Both the position numbers and the translations under genes were made by a program. Shown piece after piece: positions 20,577 to 28,792 of a DNA stretch of 64,000 nucleotides. The notes under the pieces were generated by a model, which had not been told where the DNA came from, searched no databases, and saw nothing but the letters and a program-made list of their open reading frames with translations. The DNA is from an uncultured Actinomycetota bacterium. Lineage in GTDB: Bacteria; Actinomycetota; Actinomycetes; Mycobacteriales; CAVVZQ01. Location: assembly GCA_963752715.1 (NCBI GenBank), contig CAVVZQ010000007.1:456215-520214 (forward strand). Reading direction: 5' to 3'. Every line of letters begins with the position of its first letter. The first letter of the stretch is position 1.

Positions 20577-20762
20577 TCAGAAGGTCACGGACAGCGCGCG
20601 CTCGATGACACCCGACAGCGCGCTACTGACCGGAGCGCTCGTGACGACTTTGTAGAGCAACCCGGCGAAGCCGACAGCGGCCACAGTCCCGACTGCGTAC
20701 TCAGCTGTGGTCATGCCGGCGTCGGCCGTGGCCCGGCCGCGGAGCCACCCCGCGGGCGACAC
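20577..20762 (-). CDS. flp: Flp-type pilin (DUF4244-like), about 61-aa precursor
   Basis: ADAG/MTTAEYAVGTVAAVGFAGLLYKVV matches the G/xxxxEY Flp processing motif. The GTG start at 20762 is a guess; an ATG lies at 20714. The track ORF 20577-21014 is over-extended. Confidence 0.65.
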   Translation of the reverse strand: MSPAGWLRGRATADAGMTTAEYAVGTVAAVGFAGLLYKVVTSAPVSSALSGVIERALSVTF

Positions 20763-20979
20763 GGACTCAGGGTCGGCGCCCTCGACGTGGGCAGTCTCCG
20801 GGCCCCGTTCCCCCTCCTGACGGGCGTGGCCCACATGCGATGGAATCACTGCTGGTCTCCCTTCTCGCCGAACGACGGGGCCAGACTGACTCGGTCTAGC
20901 CGCGAACCCCACCACCGCGATCCGGTCTGGGGACGGCGGGCCGAAACTCCCTCCACAGGGGTTCCGGCACGACGGGGCC

Positions 20980-21687
20980 TCACGCCAGGTCAGGCAGACT
21001 GCCCAGGAAGGCAAGGACGAGCGGAGCCACGGACACCAGGACGAACGCGGGCAGCAGACAGCAGCCCAGCGGCAGCACGGTCAGCGCTGCTGTGCGCTGG
21101 CAGCGCTGCTGGAGGCGCTCCCGGCGGGCTTCTCGCAAATCCGACGACAGAGACCGCAGCTGAGCCGCCAGACGCGTGCCGTGGAACTGGCCTCGCCGGA
21201 CAACGCTCGCGGTCGTCTCCCACGCCGCCGCCACCTCCTCGCCCGTGCGACGTGCGAGGGCACCCGCAGACCCAGCCGGACCGACCGACCCGAAGAGGAG
21301 CTCGTGGGCCAGCGACTGGAGCAGTGCTCCCGCGGGACCGGGCTCGCTCTGGGCTGCGAGCAAGAGCGCGTCGGGCACGGACGCTCCAGCCTCCAGGCAC
21401 ACCGCCGCGCGCTGCAGGGCGAGGGAAAGGCCATGCTCCACTCCGTGGACGTCTTCCACGCCCGCACGCGCAGCCCCGCTGAGAGCCCCACCCTCGTCCG
21501 CGCCGGAGTACTGCGGAGCGGACAACGCCCGCTGCAGGCGCGCGTACGCCGCGCGCTGTCTGGGCGTGCGAGGTGGTCGGAGTAGGCGAGGGAGGCGAGG
21601 TGGGAGAGGTGGGCGAGGTGGGAGAGGTGCGCGCCGTCGCGGGCGCCGCACGCGCCCGCTAGCGTTCCAGCGGGGCACGGCGGGCAC
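20980..21687 (-). CDS. tadC: Type II secretion system F-domain protein (TadC-like); N-terminus uncertain
   Basis: T2SSF-like core followed by the C-terminal TM pair LTVLPLGCCLLPAFVLVSVAPLVLAFL. The first ~45 codons are Pro/Arg low complexity with poor GC3. Confidence 0.65.
   Translation of the reverse strand: MPAVPRWNASGRVRRPRRRAPLPPRPPLPPRLPRLLRPPRTPRQRAAYARLQRALSAPQYSGADEGGALSGAARAGVEDVHGVEHGLSLALQRAAVCLEAGASVPDALLLAAQSEPGPAGALLQSLAHELLFGSVGPAGSAGALARRTGEEVAAAWETTASVVRRGQFHGTRLAAQLRSLSSDLREARRERLQQRCQRTAALTVLPLGCCLLPAFVLVSVAPLVLAFLGSLPDLA
21596..21631. repeat. 18-bp tandem duplication (17/18 identical) at the tadB/tadC junction
   Basis: CGAGGTGGGAGAGGTGGG followed by CGAGGTGGGAGAGGTGCG, read directly. 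Confidence 0.8.
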
Positions 21688-22369
21688 GGCGGATCAACCA
21701 GGCGAGCCACCACACTCCGGCGGCGTAGCAGATCAGGCCAGCTGACACACAGACCGCGGTAGCGCCGCCTGTGACATCCACGTGTGGGAACAGGCCCCGT
21801 CCGATCAGAAGCCCCAGCACGGGAAGCACGCCCAGCAGAAGTGCCGCAGCTCTCATTCCAGACACGGCAGTGTCCAGGGCACGAGATAGGCGCACCTCCT
21901 CCCGCAGGTCCTCAGCGAGCGTCTGGGTCATCTCGGCCAAAGATCCACCCACCCGGTCGCTCACCGTCACGCTGGCGCCCACCCGGCGGCACAGCTCGCT
22001 GACCCGGTCGTCGGATCCCTCGACAGCGAGTTCGGCGGCGACGTCCGGGAGGGACTCACCCCCGCGCAGCGCGAGGCGCAGCCGCTCCGCGAGTGCCGGG
22101 GAGGCAGCATCAGCGCAGCACACCATCGCAGCCTGAGGCGTGGCTCCGGACCGCATCGACTCGGCGAGCAGGGCCACGGCTGCTGCGTCGGTCGCCGTTC
22201 CCATCGTCCGGCGTCGCCAGCTCACCTCCCATGCCCCGGCTCGCAGCAGGGCGAACAGCAGCGACAGCACGGAGGCCGTACGGAACCCTCTCAGTGGGTC
22301 CCCCCACCCCGCTCCGACCACCATGGCGGCGAGCGCGGCGGCCGCCAGCAGTCGCCCGCGCTCAGGCAC
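21659..22369 (-). CDS. tadB: Type II secretion system F-domain protein (TadB-like)
   Basis: GTG at 22369 lies 8 nt inside the tadA 3' end. N-terminal TM LLAAAALAAMVVGAG and C-terminal TM pair. The longer track ORF overlaps tadA implausibly. Confidence 0.7.
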   Translation of the reverse strand: MPERGRLLAAAALAAMVVGAGWGDPLRGFRTASVLSLLFALLRAGAWEVSWRRRTMGTATDAAAVALLAESMRSGATPQAAMVCCADAASPALAERLRLALRGGESLPDVAAELAVEGSDDRVSELCRRVGASVTVSDRVGGSLAEMTQTLAEDLREEVRLSRALDTAVSGMRAAALLLGVLPVLGLLIGRGLFPHVDVTGGATAVCVSAGLICYAAGVWWLAWLIRRARRAPLER

Positions 22370-23399
22370 GCCAGACCGCCGACATCTCAGGTCCAGCTCC
22401 GCCGGATCGCAGCCGAGAGATCTCCACAACCCTGCGCCGACCCTGATCACCCCTGGCGATGTGGACCACGACATCGACCGAGGAGGACACCAGGCGATCG
22501 ACCGAGTCGGGCGACAAGCCGGCCAGGGCGCCCAGGGCGAGAAACCTGCTCGGAGCCTCAGAAGCACTTGCGCAGTGGAGTGTGAGCGCACCGCTGTGCC
22601 CGGTGTTCATCGCCGCCAGGAGATCCAGGACCTCGGCGCCTCTGGCCTCGCCCAGCACGAGACGGTCCGGACGCATCCGCAGGGCCTGCCGAACCAGTTC
22701 CCGGAGGGTGATCCCGCCGCTGCCTTCCACATTGGCAGCGCGGGTGGACAGCCCGACCACGTGCACATGATCAGGTGCCAGCTCCGGGGCCTCCTCGATC
22801 AGCACCATCCGCTCGGTCTCCGGAACGAGGGCGAGCATGGCCTGCAGCAGCGTCGTCTTGCCGGCTCCGGTTGCCCCCGTGACGACGAAGGACGCTGCGC
22901 CTGCCACCACGTCCCGCAGCACGTGAGCCGCCTCCTCGGTCACCGTCTGGTCGGAGACCAGCATCTCCAGGCTCCGGGGGCGGGTCGAGTGGATACGCAG
23001 CGACAGGCAGGTCCCGGGTGAGGAGAGCGGTGGCAGGACCGCGTGCACTCGGACGTTTCCGTCCACCAGGGCGTCCGCCCACGGCTGGCTGTCGTCGAGT
23101 CTCCGTCCGGAGCCGGACACCAGGGACTGGGCGAGTCGGCGCAGCTCCAGCTCGTCCCCGATCCTCAGATGAGTGCGCTGCAGCCCGTTGCCCGAGTCCA
23201 CCCATACCTCGTTAGGCCCGTTGACCAGCACATCGCTGACGTCGGGATCTCTCACAAGTGACTCGAGGACACCGAAGCGGCTCTGAGCGCGCCGCGAATG
23301 GGGCCCGCCTCGGGCGTGCCGGGATTCTGGTCTGGGCGTAGGCCACCGCTGCGCCCCCGAGCGGCGATCGGGAGCCGGTGCAGACGCCCACGGGCTCAC
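22362..23399 (-). CDS. tadA: TadA/CpaF-family secretion ATPase
   Basis: Walker A TGATGAGKTTLLQAML, Walker B MVLIEE and His box TGHSGALTLH. GTGA overlap with ssd. Confidence 0.9.
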   Translation of the reverse strand: MSPWASAPAPDRRSGAQRWPTPRPESRHARGGPHSRRAQSRFGVLESLVRDPDVSDVLVNGPNEVWVDSGNGLQRTHLRIGDELELRRLAQSLVSGSGRRLDDSQPWADALVDGNVRVHAVLPPLSSPGTCLSLRIHSTRPRSLEMLVSDQTVTEEAAHVLRDVVAGAASFVVTGATGAGKTTLLQAMLALVPETERMVLIEEAPELAPDHVHVVGLSTRAANVEGSGGITLRELVRQALRMRPDRLVLGEARGAEVLDLLAAMNTGHSGALTLHCASASEAPSRFLALGALAGLSPDSVDRLVSSSVDVVVHIARGDQGRRRVVEISRLRSGGAGPEMSAVWRA

Positions 23400-24511
23400 G
23401 CGGCCGCCGAGTCGCCGAAGGCGGCCCGGCGCAGCAGTGTCTCGACGACACCGGCCATCGAGCCGGTGCGGACCACCTCCGCGAGCCTCCCATCCTCGAT
23501 CGCGACGGTGACCTCGCGCTGAGACCGCAGCTGCGCCGTGAGGGGGATGCCGAGGATGTCGCCGATGTCGCGAGGGCGAAGCCCGACCCGCCCCTGTGTC
23601 CGCACCACGAGATCACGGGGAATGGCGCGGTCCCGCAGCCAGGACGCCGGTCCGTTCGCGGCGGCGGTCGCCCGGACATCAGCACCGCAGACCAGGACTG
23701 CGGCGTCCGCCCGACTCACCCACTCCGGGTACCGCGGGGCGCCCGGGCAGTCCACCACGACCAGGTCGAATGCGGCGCGCGCCTTCGCGATCACCTCGTC
23801 CTCATCCGGTTGGTGAAGAGGCGAAGCCGGGGGACGCTGATGACTCAGCACGCTCAAGCCACCCGCTTGCGGCAGTATCGACAGCAGGTCATCGGGTCGC
23901 AGCTGAGGAGCCATGGACGCGACCTCCAGCCACCGAGCGCCCGGCGTGGAGTCCGCACTCACCAGCAGGTCCGCCCCGCCACCGAGGGGATCTGCGTCCA
24001 CCAGCAGGCACCGCATGCCACGACCCGCAGCGACAAGACCCAGCGCGGCGCTCAGCACGCTCGCCCCCGCACCACCGTGGCCGGGCACGACGGCCAGCAC
24101 CAAACCGTCATCCGCGATCCCACCGCTGGTGATGTCCGCGTCCTCGGGGTCGCCGCACCGCCCGGCCATGAAGGCGCTGCGCAGCCATCCCCGCCCCGCG
24201 GGCAGGACCACGACCTGGTCCGCCTGCCAGACGCGCGCGGTACGCCAGACCTGTTCCGACGGCGGGTCCCCGCTGTCACCCAGACTCACCACGACGGTGC
24301 GGGCGCACACGTGATCGGCCCCTGCCAGGTCCCCAGCATCCGGGCCCACCAGCAGAAGGCGCCCCAGGTGTCCGGTATCGGGGGTGAGCGCGCTGATCGA
24401 GGTGGTGACGGAGACCGAGACGCCGGCTTCCGCCGCAACCTCGAGCACCGCGTCAACGAGGTCGTCCCTGCTGGTCACCAGAGTGGCGGTGGGAGGTTGT
24501 TGGCTGTCCAT
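23396..24511 (-). CDS. ssd: CpaE/Ssd-like ParA-family protein (septum-site-determining-like)
   Basis: ATG at 24511 preceded by AAGGGGAT. Deviant P-loop region PGHGGAGASVLSAALG. Confidence 0.8.
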   Translation of the reverse strand: MDSQQPPTATLVTSRDDLVDAVLEVAAEAGVSVSVTTSISALTPDTGHLGRLLLVGPDAGDLAGADHVCARTVVVSLGDSGDPPSEQVWRTARVWQADQVVVLPAGRGWLRSAFMAGRCGDPEDADITSGGIADDGLVLAVVPGHGGAGASVLSAALGLVAAGRGMRCLLVDADPLGGGADLLVSADSTPGARWLEVASMAPQLRPDDLLSILPQAGGLSVLSHQRPPASPLHQPDEDEVIAKARAAFDLVVVDCPGAPRYPEWVSRADAAVLVCGADVRATAAANGPASWLRDRAIPRDLVVRTQGRVGLRPRDIGDILGIPLTAQLRSQREVTVAIEDGRLAEVVRTGSMAGVVETLLRRAAFGDSAAA

Positions 24512-24582
24512 TTCGATCCCCTTCGTCGGCATGCCGCCAGCCTCGGTCCTGCACTTGCTGAGCACCCGAGAGGTGGCCGAAT

Positions 24583-24747
24583 CTGTGGATACAACCGGGG
24601 AACTCTCTCCACAGGCGGCGATGCGTCGAAGACGTCCATGGCCCGGACAAGGATGACCTCAGTGAAAGGGTCCGGACAGACGACGACCCCCGTCGGGGGG
24701 GGACGGGGGCCGTCTCCACAGTTCGACTCCGGGGGGGAGAGTCGAAC
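24583..24747 (-). promoter_or_regulatory. Structured leader/upstream region of the ssd-tad operon
   Basis: IR CTGTGGA/TCCACAG at 24583-24614. Hairpin CCCCCGTC-G7-GACGGGGG at 24687-24709. Hairpin GTTCGACTC-CGGGGGGGA-GAGTCGAAC at 24721-24747. 9-nt direct repeat TCTCCACAG at 24606 and 24713. Confidence 0.4.
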
Positions 24748-24906
24748 CAGGATGCACACGAAAGGTGCGCTGCACTCAGCGTACCGATCATGCTGGATAA
24801 CGTCTACAGGGACGACAGTGGGTTCGTCAATGGGGACGGTACGTTTTGTCACAATCCCGTGACCTTTGGCCGGACGTCCGATCAGCTGTCCCTTCGCAAG
24901 ATCACG

Positions 24907-24912
24907 TACTCT
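24907..24912 (+). promoter_or_regulatory. -10-like TACTCT, 7 nt upstream of the HAD GTG (leaderless geometry)
   Basis: TANNNT hexamer at 24907-24912; GTG at 24920. Confidence 0.4.
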
Positions 24913-24919
24913 CTCGACT

Positions 24920-25822
24920 GTGTCCGGAGCAGCGTTCTTCGACCTCGACAAGACCCTGCTGTCCTCATCGGTGTCGATCGCGTTCAGCACCACGCTGGTG
25001 CAGGCAGGCCTCCTGCCCACCAAGGAGCTGGCGAAGGGAGCTGTCGCCGGAGCCCTCTACCACAGGTTCGGTGCCTCCTCCGACGCCATCGTGAGGGCCA
25101 AGGACTCCGTCGCGGCACTTATTCGAGGGACGGAGGTCGAGCGCTTCGAGCGACTCATCGAGGAGAACTTCGACAAGGTCATCCCGCCGCTGGTCTACGA
25201 GGAGGGTCGGCAGCTGATCGCCGGGCACCACGCTGCGGGGCGGCCGGTCGTAATCGCATCCTCCAGCGGCGAAGAAGCCGTGGAGCTCGTCGGAGAGCTG
25301 CTCGGGGCCGATCATGTGATCGCAACTCGTTCGGAACGCTCCGACGGGCGCTACACGGGTGAGATTCCGTTCTTCGCCTTCGCGGAGGTCAAGGCTCAGG
25401 CGCTCGCCGAGCTCGCCCGCGAGCAGGGCTGGGACCTGGCCGAGTGCTACGCCTACAGCGACTCCCGCACCGACCTCCCGATGCTGGAGCTCGTGGGGCA
25501 TCCGTTCGCCGTGAACCCGGACCGCGGGCTGCGACAGGTGGCCGAGGCGCGTGGCTGGCCGATCCTGACATTCCGGCGCGCGCGTCGCCACAGCGTCGCC
25601 CATGACTTGCCGGGGCAGGCGGCGCGGACAGCACGGGGCGTCGCCGCCGGCGCCGCCGGCGGACTGGGCACGGCCGCTGCGCGCACCGTGGGGGGTCTGC
25701 GTGGTCCGGCTGATCGCGTGCGTCGCACCCTGCTGCCCGGGTCCGCGACTCGCCCCGACAGCACGGATCGTGATCCGGTATCGGCTACCGAGGAACCGGA
25801 CGCCCCCGCCGCCGGCGACTAG
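24920..25822 (+). CDS. HAD-IB family hydrolase (SerB-like phosphatase)
   Basis: AAFFDLDKTLL motif I, VVIASSSG, and YSDSRTDLPML motif IV. GTG at 24920 chosen over the TTG at 24866. Confidence 0.8.
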   Translation: MSGAAFFDLDKTLLSSSVSIAFSTTLVQAGLLPTKELAKGAVAGALYHRFGASSDAIVRAKDSVAALIRGTEVERFERLIEENFDKVIPPLVYEEGRQLIAGHHAAGRPVVIASSSGEEAVELVGELLGADHVIATRSERSDGRYTGEIPFFAFAEVKAQALAELAREQGWDLAECYAYSDSRTDLPMLELVGHPFAVNPDRGLRQVAEARGWPILTFRRARRHSVAHDLPGQAARTARGVAAGAAGGLGTAAARTVGGLRGPADRVRRTLLPGSATRPDSTDRDPVSATEEPDAPAAGD

Positions 25823-25830
25823 TGGGCCGC

Positions 25831-25854
25831 TGCCTGCCTGCCTGCCTGCCTGCC
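25831..25854. repeat. (TGCC)6 tetranucleotide microsatellite between convergent genes
   Basis: Read directly. Confidence 0.9.
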
Positions 25855-25857
25855 CGG

Positions 25858-26628
25858 CTATCCCCGCTGAATCGACTCGCAGATCGCGGTCGCCTCACGC
25901 GCCCCCAGCGACACCGCCTCGCAGCAGTGGAGCAACCAGGCCGCCACGCCCTCGGGGGACCCTTCCGCAAAGCCACGCGCCCGTAGTCGGTACGTCTGCG
26001 CACCCCCCGCCTCGAGGTGTCCCAGCTCGGGGATGACCAGACTCTTCGGGTCCAGCCCGCGGGCCACCAGAGTCAGCCGCTCGGCGGCTCGCGCGACCAG
26101 GCCGGTGCCCTGCGGAAAGGGCTGCAGCGCCATGATCTCGCCGTGCACCACGGCACCGACGACTACCGCCGGGACCTTCGTCGACCGTCGCCCGTCCGGT
26201 CCGACCAGCACTTCCGCGAGCTGGTCCAGGCGGGCGGACACCTGCCCGGCGGCGATGGGGCGGCCCAGCTCGAGGGGGTCGCCGACCAGATCGCGGGCCG
26301 CCAGCAGATGCATGCGCGCGAGCGCCTGGCGCGGGGCGAGCTGCCAGGTCTCGACGAGACTGCCCACCTCGCCGGTCACACGCAGGGCACCGGTGAGAAC
26401 GGGGTCCTCGACCCGTCCTGCCCGTACGTCGGCGAGGCTGACGCCGCGCCCCTCGAGCTCCGCAGAAGCGCGGGCACCCCGCATCGCCGACTCCGCACTC
26501 ACCCGGGCACTCGCGTGCCGGAGTACGCGGTGCGACAGCAGCCGGTCCACGCTTTCCCGCGCGGCATCCACCGCACCAGAGACACCAGGGAGGTCGAGGA
26601 GCGGGGCGAGCGGATCCGTGGCCACCAC
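25858..26628 (-). CDS. Fic-fold-like protein with a degenerate active-site motif
   Basis: 256 aa. SAELEG fits the (S/T)xxxE(G/N) inhibitory motif. LQPFPQGTGLVAR aligns to HPFx(D/E)GNGRxxR with H, D/E, N and the first R replaced. Confidence 0.55.
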   Translation of the reverse strand: MVATDPLAPLLDLPGVSGAVDAARESVDRLLSHRVLRHASARVSAESAMRGARASAELEGRGVSLADVRAGRVEDPVLTGALRVTGEVGSLVETWQLAPRQALARMHLLAARDLVGDPLELGRPIAAGQVSARLDQLAEVLVGPDGRRSTKVPAVVVGAVVHGEIMALQPFPQGTGLVARAAERLTLVARGLDPKSLVIPELGHLEAGGAQTYRLRARGFAEGSPEGVAAWLLHCCEAVSLGAREATAICESIQRG

Positions 26629-26646
26629 TCGAGGCTAGGAGGATTC

Positions 26647-26675
26647 TTGGTCTCCGGCCGACAACACAATAGGTT
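26647..26675 (+). promoter_or_regulatory. SigA-type promoter candidate for acs
   Basis: TTGGTC (26647-26652), a 17-nt spacer, then TAGGTT (26670-26675). The acs GTG at 26715 has AGGAG 5 nt upstream. Confidence 0.45.
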
Positions 26676-26714
26676 GTGCCGCAGCAAGATTCGTCACCCG
26701 AGTCAGGAGTCCCC

Positions 26715-28712
26715 GTGGGCACTGAGCAGAATCGCAGCTCCGATCCCGACGAGTCCGCCCAGGTAGCACTGAAGGCCCTGCACACGGAGGAACGCCGCTT
26801 CCCGCCCCCACCTGAGCTTGCCGCGACGGCCAACGTCACGGCAGCGGCCTACGGCAGCGCCGACTCGGATCGCTTGCGGTGGTGGGAGCTCCAGGCCGAG
26901 CGGCTGGACTGGAAGCAGCGCTGGCACACGGTCCTGGACTGGAGCGACGCTCCCTTCTCGCGCTGGTTCGTGGGCGGGAGCCTCAACGTCGCCTACAACT
27001 GCGTGGACCGGCACGTGGCCAACGGCCTGGGCGACCGCGTGGCGCTGCACTGGGAGGGCGAGCCGGGCGACACCCGTACCCTCACCTACGCCGACCTTCA
27101 GACGGAGGTCAACCGGGCTGCGAACGCACTCATCGAGCTGGGGGTGACGGCCGGGGACCGCGTTGCGATCTACATGCCCATGATCCCCGAAACCGTCGTG
27201 GCGATGCTGGCCTGCGCGCGGCTGGGGGCGCCCCACTCGGTGGTCTTCGGCGGCTTCTCCGCCGAGGCCCTGGCCAGCAGGATCCTCGACGCCGACGCCC
27301 GCATCGTGATCACAGCCGACGGTGGCTACCGACGCGGCTCCGCGAGCGCGCTCAAGCCGGCCGTGGACGAGGCACTCGAGGAGTGCCCGGACGTCGACCG
27401 GGTGCTGGTCGTGCGTCGCACGGGACAGGAGGTCTCCTGGACACCAGGACGCGACCACTGGTGGCACGACGTCGTGGACCGCCAGTCGGACCAGCACACG
27501 CCGGAGGCGTTCGACGCCGAGCACCCCCTGTTCATCCTCTACACGAGCGGCACCACGGGCTCCCCGAAGGGCATCCTGCACACCACCGGCGGCTACCTCA
27601 CCCAGGTGTCATGGACCCACTGGGCTGTCTTCGACCTCAAGCCCGAGACCGACACCTACTGGTGCTCGGCAGACGTCGGCTGGGTGACCGGGCACTCCTA
27701 CATCGTGTACGGGCCGTTGTCCAACGCCTCGACCAGCGTGATGTACGAGGGCACGCCCGACACGCCCGACAAGGCCCGATGGTGGTCGATCGTGGAGAAG
27801 TACGGGGTCAGCATCTTCTACACCGCTCCCACCGCGATCCGGACCTTCATGAAGTGGGGCGAGCAGTTCCCGCAGCGGCACGACCTCAGCTCGCTGAGGG
27901 TGCTGGGCAGCGTCGGTGAGCCGATCAACCCTGAGGCGTGGACCTGGTACCGCCGCGTGATCGGCGGCGACCGTGTCCCGGTGGTCGACACCTGGTGGCA
28001 GACGGAGACCGGGGCGATCATGATCACACCCCTGCCCGGCGTGGCGGAGGCCAAGCCTGGCGCAGCGATGCGACCACTGCCCGGCATCTCCGCCGACGTC
28101 GTGGACGACCGCGGCGTCTCCGTCGGTGACTCCGGCGCCGGCTACCTCGTCCTGGACCAGCCCTGGCCCTCCATGCTCCGGGGCATCTGGGGCAACCCCG
28201 AGCGATACCGAGAGGGCTACTGGGCCAGGTTCCCTGGCATCTACTTCGCCGGCGACGGGGCCAAGAAGGACGGCGACGGGGACCTGTGGATGCTCGGACG
28301 CGTCGACGACGTCATGAACATCTCCGGCCACCGGATCTCGACCGCGGAGGTCGAGCACGCTCTGGTCAGCCACCCGTCGGTCGCGGAGGCAGCGGTCATC
28401 GGCGCCTCGGACCCCGTCACTGGACAGGCGGTCGTGGCCTTCGTCTCCGTACGGGGACACGTCGCCGACGACGAGGCCTCCGGCGAGGAGTTCGTCTCCG
28501 CGCTGCGGCAGCACGTCCGGCACGAGATCGGGGCCATCGCCACGCTGCGCCAGGTCATGGTCACCCCGGAGCTGCCGAAGACACGGTCCGGCAAGATCAT
28601 GCGCAGGCTGCTGCGTGACATCGCCGAGCACCGCGAGCTCGGGGACGTGACCACGCTGGCCGACCCGACCGTGACCACCATGATCACCGACCTCTACGCG
28701 ACCGAGGACTGA
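26715..28712 (+). CDS. acs: Acetyl-CoA synthetase
   Basis: YTSGTTGSPKG AMP-binding motif and the PKTRSGKIMRR C-terminal motif. Confidence 0.95.
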   Translation: MGTEQNRSSDPDESAQVALKALHTEERRFPPPPELAATANVTAAAYGSADSDRLRWWELQAERLDWKQRWHTVLDWSDAPFSRWFVGGSLNVAYNCVDRHVANGLGDRVALHWEGEPGDTRTLTYADLQTEVNRAANALIELGVTAGDRVAIYMPMIPETVVAMLACARLGAPHSVVFGGFSAEALASRILDADARIVITADGGYRRGSASALKPAVDEALEECPDVDRVLVVRRTGQEVSWTPGRDHWWHDVVDRQSDQHTPEAFDAEHPLFILYTSGTTGSPKGILHTTGGYLTQVSWTHWAVFDLKPETDTYWCSADVGWVTGHSYIVYGPLSNASTSVMYEGTPDTPDKARWWSIVEKYGVSIFYTAPTAIRTFMKWGEQFPQRHDLSSLRVLGSVGEPINPEAWTWYRRVIGGDRVPVVDTWWQTETGAIMITPLPGVAEAKPGAAMRPLPGISADVVDDRGVSVGDSGAGYLVLDQPWPSMLRGIWGNPERYREGYWARFPGIYFAGDGAKKDGDGDLWMLGRVDDVMNISGHRISTAEVEHALVSHPSVAEAAVIGASDPVTGQAVVAFVSVRGHVADDEASGEEFVSALRQHVRHEIGAIATLRQVMVTPELPKTRSGKIMRRLLRDIAEHRELGDVTTLADPTVTTMITDLYATED

Positions 28713-28780
28713 GACGCGACGAGCCTTGACCGCCAGGGAGGCTTCCGGGATCGAGGTGTGTGCTGCGCGGTGGGTGCAAC

Positions 28781-28786
28781 TAGGCT
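28781..28786 (+). promoter_or_regulatory. -10-like TAGGCT, 6 nt upstream of the nhaA GTG (leaderless geometry)
   Basis: TAGGCT at 28781-28786; GTG at 28793. Confidence 0.4.
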
Positions 28787-28792
28787 CTCCCC

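Noticed and set aside
24721-24747. GGTTCGA/TCGAACC strings that look like a tRNA T-arm.
   Set aside because: No acceptor, D or anticodon arms can be drawn. The strings are the two halves of a simple 9-bp hairpin.
24848-24863. GTCAC-N6-GTGAC inverted repeat just upstream of the HAD gene, considered as a CRP site.
   Set aside because: The CRP consensus is TGTGA-N6-TCACA. Here the half-sites are in the opposite order (TCAC...GTGA). It may bind another regulator, but I cannot call it a CRP box.
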